DNA from: the human T2T-CHM13v2.0 reference genome, Homo sapiens
Length of the DNA stretch: 64,000 nt
Strand: one strand, 5' to 3'
NCBI RefSeq assembly: GCF_009914755.1
Contig: NC_060938.1
Shown here: positions 22,655-38,176 of the stretch, piece after piece
Position numbering within the stretch: position 1 is the stretch's first letter
How the letters are laid out: each line of letters begins with the position of its first letter
Notes under the pieces: generated by a model
What the model was told of the DNA's origin: nothing
Database searches by the model: none
The model's input: only the letters and a program-made list of their open reading frames with translations
Translations under genes and position numbers: made by a program

Positions 22655-23773
22655 TAAAGGCTTTCCAGTAGCCAGAAAGAATGTCTTTTGTAATGAAAAG
22701 GAATCCTTATAATGTTATTGTAAGTGCACTTTTAATTTTGCCAGATATATAAACTAAACGATTACTGAAAACCATTCAGGATTCTGATGGTATGTGGAAA
22801 GAATAGCCATTTGTAAGTTGTATCTTTACCTGATATGCTATCTATAGAAAATATTACTTCAGTACGGGTATTTCTATGAAACACCATGGAAATTATGTGA
22901 CTACACAGGGGAAAACATCAGGTGCTTTGTAATACTTATAAGACTCACAAAGCCATACCACAAAGTGGTACACATTACAGATGAGGAAATTGAGGATCAG
23001 AGAATAGACTGATCAAGCATAGAGTGGGAGACCGAATTTTGTTTCCAGATCTGTCTGGATGGAATAAAATCTGTTCCTGTCCCACTGCAGCACATTGCTT
23101 GGTACATGTTCTATATGATAGATTTGTATCAGAATAAAATAACTTGTATATGTTGCTATGTTTACTGGAAAATAAAAGCATCTTTAATTCCAAATATTTT
23201 TAAATATGGTACTATTTTTGAACAGATTTAAAGTATGATATACATACAATAGAATGTATTCATTTTAAGTTCTATGAGTTTTGATAAAAGTATATAGTAT
23301 TGCAGCTCCACCATGTTCAAGATTTAGAACACTGTTATCACTCCAGAATGTTTTCTCATGTCTCCTTGCAGTTACTCTCCATTTCCACCTCTAACCTCAG
23401 GGACCATTGATCTGCTTGTTGTCACTATAGTTTTCCTTTTCTAGAACTTCACATAGCATCATAAATTATGTAGTTTTTATGTTAGCACTTTTTAAATATT
23501 CGACTAAGTTGTGTGAGTGTGCATCATCGGTTTACTCCTTTTAATTGGCCAGTAGTTTTTTATTGTATGGATATTACCACATTTTGTTTATCATTATCTG
23601 TTGATGGACATTTGGGTTGTTTCCAGTTTGGGGCTATTAGGATAAGGTTGTTATAAATATTTGCATTCAAGTGTTTGTGAGAACATATGTTTTAATGTCT
23701 CTTGGGATGATACCTAGGAATGCAATTTCTGGGTCATACATTAAGCACATAATTAATTTTATAAGAAATTACT

Positions 23774-24095
<322 letters not shown>

Positions 24096-24155
24096 TCATG
24101 TGACTCTACAAATTTTCATTTCCATAAGCAATGTATGAGAGCCTTTATTGCTTCA

Positions 24156-24551
24156 TGTTATGGGTTGTATTGTGTTTCCTAAAAAATCATATGTTGAAAC
24201 CCAACCCCAAGAATGTGACTATTTTTGGAAATACAGTTGTTACAGATGTAATTAGCTAAGATGAAATTATTAGGACAGGCCCAAATTCAGTTTGACTGAG
24301 GTCCATATAAAAAGGGGAAGTTTGATACTTAAATGTACATGTAGAGAAAATACAGCGTGAAGTAAGTGAGAGGCACTAAGCCAATTATTCTCTGACTCAG
24401 AGAGATATCTCACTCAGTGAGTGAGAGAACCAACACTGCCGACATCTTAATCTCAGACTTCTAGTCTCCAAAATTATGAGATGATAAATTTCTGTTGTTT
24501 AAGCTACTCAGTTTGTGGTATTCTGTTACGACAGCTCTAGCAAATGAACAG
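24156..24551 (+). mobile_element. MLT1B/C-like LTR
   Basis: tgttatgggttgtattgtg...ataaatttctgttgtttaagc...acagctctagcaaat. Confidence 0.8.
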
Positions 24552-25155
24552 AGCCCAGATTCTCATCAACACTTGGTATGGTACACTTTTCAAAATATTA
24601 GTCATTCCAGTATGTACATAGTGATACCTCCTTGTAGTTTTCATTTGTGTTGCCCTAATGACCAATGATGTTGAGAATCTTATGCTTGTTGACTTTTTGT
24701 TTATCTTGTTTTGCCCATTTTTAATCAGTTTGTTCATCTTATGTTTGAGTTTTCAGAGTTTTTATTTCATTCTGGATACAAGCTTTTTTATTATATATAG
24801 TTTGCAATATTTTCTTCCAATCTGTGACTTGTCCTTTCATTTCCAAAAGAGTGTCTTTGGAGAGCATATATTTTTAATTTTGATTAAGTCAAATATACCT
24901 TTTGTCTTTTATGTTTTGTAGTCTTTGTGTCTTATCTAAGAAATTTTTGCCTAACATAAGATCATAAAAATTTCTTACCTTTTCTTCTAGAAGTTTTATA
25001 GTTTAGCTCTTATATTTAGATCTAGCATCCATTTTGTATTTTTTGTGTGTGTATTACTGTCTTCAGTAAGGGTTAAGGTTTTTTTCCCATAGATATATCC
25101 AATTATTCCAGTATGAATTTTCCAATATTCCAGTATTTCTTATGCTTTTCTACAT

Positions 25156-25290
25156 CAGAGTTAAGAATTTGTTTTCTCTAAAGGGCCAAATGGTAACTAC
25201 TTTAGACTTTACAGGCCACTGGTTTCTGTTACAACTACTGAGGCCTACAATTATAGCATAAAAGCAGCCATAAACAGTACATAAGTGAGT
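25156..25290. mobile_element. MER58A-like hAT-Charlie fragment
   Basis: taaagggccaaatggtaactactttagactttacaggcc...aaagcagccataaacagtac. Confidence 0.7.
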
Positions 25291-26347
25291 GTTCTACATA
25301 TATGATCATGTTATCTGTGAATAGAGGGTTGTATTAATCCTGTGTATGCCTTTTTCTCCTCTGTCTTACTGCACTGGTTAGGACTTTCTGTATTATGTTA
25401 AAAAGAAATATTGAGAGAGGAAATCCTTCTATACATAATCCAATTACAGTTTTAGAGATGTTTTTCATCATCTTGTTTTTTCCTCTATACACTTTGATTT
25501 GGATAATTTGTATGTTTCTGTATTCAAAACACTGATTCATTTTTTGCCTTCTCTAATCTGCTATTCAGCTCATTTTTTAATTTTATCATTGTATTTTCCA
25601 GCTCAAATATTTTTGTCCTTTCGTATAGTTTTAATTTCTCTATTGAGATTACTAATTTGTTTATCTATTATTAGCATTTTTAAATTATTGGAACATATTT
25701 CCTTTTAATTGTAGAACATAGTTTTTTAGCTGCTTTCAATTCCTTATTTTGTAAATCTGACATTTAAACTCATGTGGGTCACACTTTCTTGTCTTGGAAT
25801 GTCTAATAGTTTTAGGTTGAAAAATGGACATTGTAACAATTCTGGATTGTTAGTTTTCAGGATTGTTGGTGTTTTATTTTAGAAGAAAATTAACTTGGTA
25901 GGGGTATGTGTGTGTGTAGTAATAATTTTAAAGGCACAGAAAATTCTCATGTTCTCTCAGCCTTCCAATTTTCAATGAAGTATCAAGTAAGCACATGTAA
26001 TTTAATCAGGGATGTGAGTTTTTATCTTAGTTTTTCTATTATTCTCTCTTGCAAGTTACCACCTTTAGACTTTTATAAGCAACAAAGCCACAGGCTTCTC
26101 ATTTTTCCTTATGAAAGAGGAGAGAAAAAGCAAATGGATTCCTATCAATGAAGATGCATATTAAAAAAATATTTTCCAGAGATTCTACTGATTTATTTTA
26201 GTTATATCTCCTGGGCAACCCTATTTGCAAGGGATATTGGGAAATGTAAATTCTCTGCTTCCCTGGGTAAAATTTAGTTTCTGTTAGGAAGAAAGAAGAA
26301 AGAATAAATACTGTGATAGTCTGTGCCATGAGAGATGGTTGTCATAA

Positions 26348-26848
<501 letters not shown>

Positions 26849-27109
26849 TGCCTTTTCAGTTTCTAGTGTGTTATTGGTCAGCAGGCTTCTTTCTTGTCTC
26901 ACAGTGTCCTCCAAAGAGTTGTTTTCCAGAAGGATGTGTCATTCATCTGGGACAAGTAGCAGGATCAAGACATAATACATGAGTTTGGGTGGTGTCTTTG
27001 GAGTTAGCAGGAATGTTAACAGGAAAAGAATCAAGGTAGTTGGAATTTCTCTTAGGTATAAAGTTTACATAGAGATCTCTTCCAACATTGTTTTAGTTAG
27101 CTCTTTGAG

Positions 27110-27330
27110 TTCCACTTAAAATGTCATCTCCTCTGTAAAGTGAACTTAAACTTCCAGGCAGAGTTAATAGGTCTTTGCTCAAACCTGTATTACTGCTCTT
27201 TTCATATTTCCTTGTAATGATCTGTTTCTATATTTTTGTGCTCACTGGATTTTGTCCTTAGCTAACTGGCATCTTTATTGGCAAGTACAGTGCCTAGCTC
27301 ATAATAAATAAATAAAGCTTCATTGAATGA
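27110..27330 (+). mobile_element. L2 3' end
   Basis: ttaaaatgtcatctcctctgtaaag...acagtgcctagctcata...ttgaatgaa. Confidence 0.55.
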
Positions 27331-28839
27331 AAAAAGAAGATTTGGGCTGCAAAATCATTTCATCTGACAACTCTTCCCTTTACTTCCTCCCTCCCTTCTT
27401 CCTTCCTTTTCTTTTTACCTTCCCTTTTTCCTTTCTTCCTTAGCATTCTAAAATTAATACTCTCACAATAAAGTAAAACAGTACTTTTAGCTTATTTTTG
27501 GTTTTCTTGTTTTAAGATCTGCTGTTTAGATATCATTTATTTTTGCCAAATCATTGCTAAAATGATGTTTTATATGGGAAAAATAGGTAAACTCTCCTGT
27601 TTACATGAATAAGCACATACACACAGCTGTTCTTGGAGTGTGCTAAGTAATTTATTTATTGGTTAGACACAGCTTTCATTTTTGTGGTGCTAGGATAATT
27701 TCAGGTGTTCCTTAGATACAGATTCCAATCATTCTTTCATAGAAGTATAGCAATCTGTTAACGAAAAAAATAACAGTTAAAATTTACTGTTGTTTTAGGA
27801 ACTTTAAATATATTTCCTAACCAATTATGTTGTGGAATCTAAACCTGTTAACAATCCTGGTTTTCAGTGGACTCAGCATCGATCTTACTGAGTGAATGAA
27901 ATAGTTTCAAAATGTTCTTTGCTAAATGTGTTCCCAGAAGAAATTCACATCTGTAATCTATCTGCTGAGTTTCAGTATTTCAGCTACTGAAACGGATTGC
28001 TTGTAGCTGAAGGACTACCTTCTAAATTTTTAGATATAGAACATTTTTGTATTGGCTAGAATTCAGACTGTAAGTCTAATTCTTAGGCTGCAGGCAAATA
28101 ATGCCTTAATTTCTTCTGCCTCGCTTCTCAAACTATTTAAATAAGACTGTGCATATGTGGAGGGTGAAGGGGAGAAAGAATGAGATTAGAACAAAGTAAG
28201 CTTTTTCTCAACACGTCTTACTGAGATTTTAAAGTTAAAAAGTATGGCTTATAGAGAGATATGGGCTTCTGGAATATAAAGTTAAATAGGATCTATGTTT
28301 TCTGGGAGTATTACCCAATAACCACACAATTTTCCAATCTCCATTATCAAGACATTGCAATATGAGAAAAGCAGAGAAAATAGGTCCTTGTAAACCTGTG
28401 ACAAGTCAGGGTAAATAAAGCCTCAGTAATAAAGGAGAAAGAGAATAGGGACACTTGAATTCTAGTCTTTATATTAGTCTCAAACTAGAGACTTAATTCT
28501 TTAGAAACTTGAGATTCATAGTGTCAAGAAAGAAACAAGTGTAGTACTTATGATGTTAGGACATAGGTTTGCTATTAGAACATTGAAGTTATTTACATTT
28601 GACTTGCCTGTTTCTCATATTACTTTTATCTTGAGGCATTGGCTTTTAATTGCATTGGTAAAAATGCAAAATATAAAAACCTCAAATTATGTAAGATTGT
28701 TTAGAGGTGTATGTATTTTATGTGCATGGTTGGTTCTACATTCCCTGAGGGTAGCCAGTTGTATGTCTTGTGCGTTACTGGTGTCAGAGGCCAGTTTTTC
28801 ATGTTGTCCAGCATGCAGTGGGTCACATCTTTACTTCAG

Positions 28840-29560
28840 TGTATTAGTATTTTTAATTTCTACATTAAAAATTATTGCAAATATGGTGGCTTAAAACAAC
28901 ATCTGTTTATTATCTCAAAGTCTGTAGATCAGAAGTTGGCATGGTATGGCTGGGTTTTTCTGCTCAGTATCTCACAAGGCTGAAATCAAGGTGTTGGTCA
29001 GGCTGTATCCTCCTCTGAAGCCCTAATTCTCTTCCAAGCTCACACAGCTTTTGGCAGAATTCAGTCCCTTGCAACTCTAGTACAGAGGTTCTTGTTTTCT
29101 TGCTTGTTGTAGGACCCAGATCCCCACTTTCTTGCTAGCTGTTGGCCAGGGACCATTTTCAGAACCTAAGAGAACCTCAGGTCTAGCCACATGGCCCTCT
29201 CACAACCTTAAAATTTACCTCTTAAAAGTCCACAGAAGGATTTCTCATGTTTTAAATCTCTCTCTCTCCCTCTCTCTTTTCTTTTTTTTTTCTGGAAAGC
29301 CTAAGTCCATTTCCAAGGCTCACTAAATTAGGTCAGGCCCATATAGGATAATCTCTCTTTTGAAGAATTCAAAATGAACTAATTTTGGATTTAATTATAT
29401 CTGCAAAATCCCTTCACATTTATCATATTAGTTCACTTAATTGAGGGGGTAAAATCTATCATATTCATAGTTAACTTCATACTTAAGTGGAGGAGATTAA
29501 ACAGGGTACATACACCCAGGGTGGGAATCATAGTTATCACATTGAATTCTGCCTACTATA
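28840..29560 (-). mobile_element. MLT1E-like solo LTR
   Basis: tgtattag...ggtggcttaaaacaaca...ggcagaattcagtccc...gaattctgcctactata; TSD ttcag/tttag. Confidence 0.85.
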
Positions 29561-29571
29561 TTTAGTGTGTC

Positions 29572-29887
29572 TTTTATTTATTTATTTATTTATTTATTTA
29601 TTTTTTGAGATAGATAGGGTCTTGCTTTGTCATCCAGGCTGAAGTGTAGTTGTGTAATCTTGGCTCACTGAGGCCTCGACTTCCTGGGCTCAGATGATCC
29701 TCCCACCTCAGCCTCCTGTGTAGCTGGGACTACAGGTGTGTGCCAGCACACCAAGCTAATTTTGTTTATATTTTGTAGAGGGTCTCCCTATGCTGCCCAG
29801 GCTGGTCTTGAACTCCTGGACTCAAGCGATTCTCCCATCTCAGCCTCCCAAATGCTGGGATTACAGACATGAGCCACTGCACCTGGC
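29572..29887 (-). mobile_element. AluJ
   Basis: agggtcttgc, cctgggctcag and tgctgcccaggct diagnostics; (TTTA)n tail. Confidence 0.9.
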
Positions 29888-29910
29888 ACTTGGTGTGTTC
29901 TTGGAGACTA

Positions 29911-30231
<321 letters not shown>

Positions 30232-30566
30232 TCATTTTCGTATTAAATTAATCAGAGATTACAAGGATCCAAATTTGCTGAGAAAAAAAAACTGTTTTCT
30301 TTGAACATTTTTCTCATCTATTGATTTTGTTGCATAAAATTTTGTACACATCTCAAAATTATAATTTTGGAACAAGTGGATTATAAATATTAAAAAAACT
30401 AACCTAGATATTTGAGTGTTCTCATTTTAAAATTATCTGGATCACATATCCTTGATTTATTACACTAGCTAATACAGTATCTTTTTGTTGTTGAACATTT
30501 CATGATAGTGTGACTCAGTGATCATTTCTATAATATAAACAGGGAACATTTTAAAGATTTTATTAC

Positions 30567-30892
30567 TGTGATGATTAATTTTATGTGTCACCTTGACTGG
30601 GTTAGGGGATAACCAGAGAGCTGTTTAAACATAATTTCTGGGTATCTCTACAAAAGTGTTTCTGTAAGAGACTAGCATTTGAATCAGTAGACTGAGTAAA
30701 GAAGATACACCTTCAGCAATGTGGAGGAACATCATCAAAATCCATTAGTTTTCTTTGTTCTCTAGCTTGTAGATGGCGTATTATGGGACTCTTTGGATTC
30801 CATTATCATGTGAGCCAAGTCCTGCAATAAATCTCCTCTTGCAAATTTCTATATATCCTATTGGTTTTCTTTCTCTGAAGAACACTAATACA
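30567..30892 (+). mobile_element. MLT2 (ERVL) solo LTR, internally deleted
   Basis: tgtgatgattaattttatgtgtcacc...aataaa...aacactaataca; TSD attac/atcac. Confidence 0.85.
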
Positions 30893-31182
30893 ATCACTAT
30901 ACTGCACAGTGGTCTGTTTTGAAATAAACATACTCAGCAAATTAACAACTTTTTGCTTTTTTGATTTTCTAATTACACAATTAATGGTAGAAAATTTAGA
31001 AAATGTATGTTACCTTGGCACCTCAGATTTTATCAGTCACAAAACAGATTAGTCCCATTATCTTTAATATCACAATACTGGAGACAATGCCCGTTGTGTC
31101 ATTTCTGATGCTCTGTATAGTATGGGAAGGTAAGAGTCGTGTTGTTAGATACTACTGGCTTTAAGGCTGACCTCAGCCATTT

Positions 31183-31183
31183 T

Positions 31184-31218
<35 letters not shown>
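31183..31218. repeat. (TG)n microsatellite within a MIR fragment
   Basis: Seen directly. Confidence 0.85.
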
Positions 31219-31222
<4 letters not shown>

Positions 31223-31277
31223 AGCTTGAGCAAGTTATAAAACTTCCCTAAACTTCTTTTCATTTTAATTTTTTTTA

Positions 31278-31910
<633 letters not shown>

Positions 31911-31937
31911 GAGAGAGAGAGAGAATGAGAGAGAGCG

Positions 31938-32035
31938 AGAGAGGCAGGGTCTTGCTCTGTTGCCCAGGCAGGACTCTAACTTCCGGGCCCAGGCAATCCT
32001 CCTGCCTCACTGTACACCACTGCACTCAATTAACT
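31938..32035 (-). mobile_element. FLAM/AluJ monomer fragment with (GA)n tail
   Basis: gaggcagggtcttgctctgttgcccaggc...caatcctcctgcctca. Confidence 0.65.
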
Positions 32036-32270
32036 TTCCTAAACTTTTTTTTTCTTTGTTTTTGTTTTAGTGACAGCAATCATCACTATAATTGTAGGGT
32101 TACTGTGTGCATTAGATGTGATAGAGCATGTGAAATGCTTGGTATAGTATGTGGCACCTAGGACACAATAAGTGTTAGCTCTCAATACCATCATCGTTAT
32201 CTGTGAATTTATTAGAGCAATGGACTTTTCTTAATGTCAAGCTTATTTTGTTTGTGTTGAAGTCTAATAA

Positions 32271-32674
<404 letters not shown>

Positions 32675-32769
32675 AAGTGGGGATGATTCTGACAGGGAAC
32701 TTTCTTCAAAATGTGGAGAGAGTATCAGATGGCCATCAGACCCACTAGGAAATCTGGAAGAGGATTTAC

Positions 32770-33310
32770 TGCATTTCCTAATACTAGTCTTGCCACCTCC
32801 AATTTGTTCTCTCCATTGGTGTCAGAATGGTCTTTTCAATAAGCAGATCTGTGTTCCTCTCTTCCTACAGATCTTTCCGTGATATTCCACTGCTCAAGTG
32901 GTGAAATCCAAATTCTATCGTATAGCAGACAATGTTGGTCTTTCGTGAACTTTCCTTGTCTGTCCATCTGTTCCTATCAGCTACCCCTTCTTCTCCCCTA
33001 ATGTGTACTCTACTTCACCTTTTCCTTGCATATGGTTTCTCAAATTATAAACTACTTGTAGTTTTCCAAACACACCACAGATTCTTATGCCACGTGTTTT
33101 GCAGGAGTGATTTCCTCTGCCAAGAATGCCCTTCCTTTTCTTTTATTTGCTGAATTCTTACAAGTCTCAGTTCAAAGCTGCTGCTTCTCTTAACCCTCAC
33201 TGACTCCAGATGCAGATGTAGACGCTTTGTCCCACTATATTATGCATAGCCCTCCATCATGGTAATTTTATGATGATGCATTTCTGTCCTTCCCACTAGT
33301 TTATAAGCTG
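32770..33310 (+). mobile_element. L2 fragment
   Basis: ttctctccattggtgtcagaatggtc...ttcctctgccaagaatgcccttcc...cccactagtttataagct. Confidence 0.6.
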
Positions 33311-33359
33311 GGACCAAGCACTAGCAAATCTATCACACCCTTGGCCCAATACTTGCTCA

Positions 33360-33570
33360 TATATTTCAGCCTTACAGTTTCACATTAATCTCATTAACTA
33401 GGTAGATGGGAACTGTCATACCATTTTATAATTGGAGAACTAGAGACCCACAGATATAAAAGGCTTTTCTAAAGTCACATAACTTGCAAGTCTAGGATTC
33501 AGATACAGTCTGAACTGGCAAGTCTAGGATTCAGATACAGGATTTCTGGATCCAAGTTTATTCCATTACT
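33360..33570 (-). mobile_element. MIR with an internal 28-bp duplication
   Basis: ccattttataattggagaactagagaccc...aaagtcacataact. Confidence 0.6.
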
Positions 33571-34393
33571 GAAATATTAAATTATAGTAACCCCATAGAT
33601 ATTTATAGAGTAACAACCATGTTAAAATCTCAGCATGGTGTTCTACAGGTGATAAAGATTTTTAAAAGAATATCCTTTAAAGGTGGTCCTGATCTCTTGA
33701 TTAATACTAGGAGAATGTTCTTTTCACTTGCTAGTAATTGATATATAGTAGGCATCAAATGTAGTTATCAAAACAATGGGTGGATGGATGAATGCTTGGT
33801 GATTATGAAGGTAATGCTTTCATACGGCCTTGTAAATAAAAATGGATCAGGTGGTGACTCCTTTCTTAGACTATTTGTGGGTTTAAGGGATATTTATTTA
33901 TTATGGATTTCAATTTTATATGTGTCAAGAAAAATGAGTGGATGAGCTATAATACTATACAAATAAATTGGTATAATTCAAATTAAAAACAAAAGACAGC
34001 ATAAAGGGAATTAAAATTAACAGACACTTGCAATAAAGTAATTGGAGTTACATTTATAAGAAAGTTTGATAGCTAAGTGAAAGGGGATGTGTATTTAAAG
34101 TGTATAGTTTTTTGAAAGAAGAAGGCATATAAATTCATTTGTTGAGATAGGCTCCCTAGGACCATAAGGTTTAGTTGATTAATGAGTTTGACTAGATATT
34201 ATCTCTTCAGTTCCAAGAAGTTGTCCTCAAAGGAAGAGCTTACAGGGAAAATAACATCCTAATCCAGATATTCCCTACCATGTTTGAACCCATGGGAAAC
34301 CAGTGTCAAATTGCCATTTTCAAGTAATCCAGAATTATAGCCTGCTGCTCCAAGTTTTGTGAGACCCGAGTTCATTCTATTTTGAAGGCTATC

Positions 34394-36071
<1,678 letters not shown>

Positions 36072-37864
36072 TCAAAACTGCAGGTTTATGAAAACTGACA
36101 AGTATCACCAACCTTTTTTTCAGTTTTATTTTTGTTTCCACAGGATATTTCCCTTTTTTTTTTTTTAGAGAAAAATGGATGGCTCTTAGACAAAACATTG
36201 AGTGTTAAGCAGAGAATGTAACCCAGGAATAAGGCTAATCACTATTGTTGAGGCTTGGGGGAAGAATACGGTACTCATTTCACGTAGGAAATCAGTTTCT
36301 GAAGAAATCAGTTATGAAATCAGCTACTGATTGGCTGGTGCTATCTGACCAAATTAGTTAAGCCCTGTGTAAGTGTTGAGCTGCCTGTTTTTGGATTTTC
36401 AAGGAAGTACTTTTGTTTGTTTGTTTTTGTTGTGTATGTGAAATACTCATTCCTAGACTACAATGCTATGTTGTGTTTATTGCCCAAGTAAGGTGCTTAT
36501 TTCAGGATCATGGCATCTCCAGTAGTTTTAAATGTACAGCTGTCATCAGTCTGGGTGGTCATGTCAGGATTTACCATGCCTTCTTTTCATTATTCTGTTT
36601 ATCCAGAGGAGAAGGACTGAGGTGTTCTATCTCTTTCCGGCACAAATCATCACTTCACATATCCCTTCTAGACAGCAGCTGTATGATAGCATGTAAGTAC
36701 CTGCTAATGTCTCAAATCAAAGCAAAAATAATTCTTAGTGAAAACACAAAACTCTGTTATTATAGTTGGGAAAATTCCATGTAAACAAGGCTCCTATTTG
36801 ACCCAGCCAAAACTAAGTGAATAAATACCCAAACTCAAATTGTCGTTTGAGAGCCAATCAGCTTTTCTTTTTTTTTTAGGATACTTTTTTCTACTTGTTC
36901 TGAAGTGTGAACCGGAAAGAGCAGAAAGTGTTAGCCAGAGAAAAGACATCCCTCTGTGAGGCCAGTAAATTCTTTAAAGTTGTATGATCTCCATTACCAT
37001 GATAACAAATTACTCAAGGCTCTTTGGCTAGGCCCATATGGCATTTACTATCTCCCCTGTAATTTCAGCCATAAAACTGTGAAATTGCTCTAACTTCTAG
37101 GCAGCTTTCAACATTTCTGTTATTCCTTCTACTACTTACAAAGACTTCCTACTTTTTGCTGCTTGTATCACAATTTAATTTTTTTTTTTTCAATTCTAAG
37201 CCTTACAGTTGAAGGGAAATTGCATAGCTTTTTAGCTGTAATTCAGGAGGTAAGTGTGTCCAGGGCTGATCTTACAAATTAATCCTGATTTGATGTTGTT
37301 TACAGATAGCTTTTTCTTAAAAATGACAAAGATATTTCCTGTGCAAGATATGTTAATATGTAATTATCATGGAATATGTAACCATCAAATCAGGTATTGC
37401 TCTGTTTTCCCAAGTAAGTAAACTAATACCTTTGAATTGATCCTACATTCTGGCACACACACACACACAAAAGTAAACATTTAACATATAGTAGATGTGT
37501 TTTAGTTCATGATTTTGCGGTGCTATGAAAGCAAAAGGAATTTGAGACATATTCAGGTAACCTGATTAAAAAATGATAAATTGATCAATTACATATTAAA
37601 AGCTATTAAGTCCCCAAGAAATATCAGCTATTAAAATATAAGCTAATACTTCAGAGGTCACCACAGAAGCTAAAAGCAATGCCTTTGCTAGTTTATTTGG
37701 TAAACAAGCAGCTCTTGCTATCCAACCCATGGAGGTGCTATTAAGTTTACATCTATCTTATTAAGCATTCAGAAAGATAATTGACTCAATTTAGGTAATT
37801 ATAATTGCTTACAACTTAGCTATTCTATTTAAACTTTGCAACCAAAGCATAAGTAGTAGTATTA

Positions 37865-37990
37865 TTTTCTCTCATTTTACAGATGAGAAATCCGAGGCTC
37901 AAATGTAACGAGTTTCTTCAGGGGAGCCAGGGTACAAACCCAGGTCCTTTTGACGTTTAAGTCAATATGCTTAACCACTACTACAGTATA
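37865..37990 (-). mobile_element. MIR
   Basis: cattttacagatgagaaatccgaggctc...cttaaccactactac. Confidence 0.7.
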
Positions 37991-38176
37991 TTGCCAAAGG
38001 TTTTCTCTACTCTTTAGAGCAGCCATTCTTTTTCTGTTTAATATTTTTTTTACTGTCTCATGCAATTTCCCTTCAAAATTGCCTTGCCTTTTTTTTTTTA
38101 ATCTTTCTGGAACAAATCTTTTCTGAAAATGTGTGATGTATTTCCCACTCCCTCCTCTCCTTGCCATTTTCCCCAA

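Noticed and set aside
27540-28200. Repeat-free stretch with forkhead-like motifs (tgtttac)
   Set aside because: Short motifs are expected by chance in AT-rich DNA and conservation cannot be assessed here
36413-36784. 123-aa ORF in non-repetitive sequence, and a minus-strand exon-like stretch at about 36574-36700
   Set aside because: Non-ATG start, no recognisable domain, and the minus-strand frames contain stops
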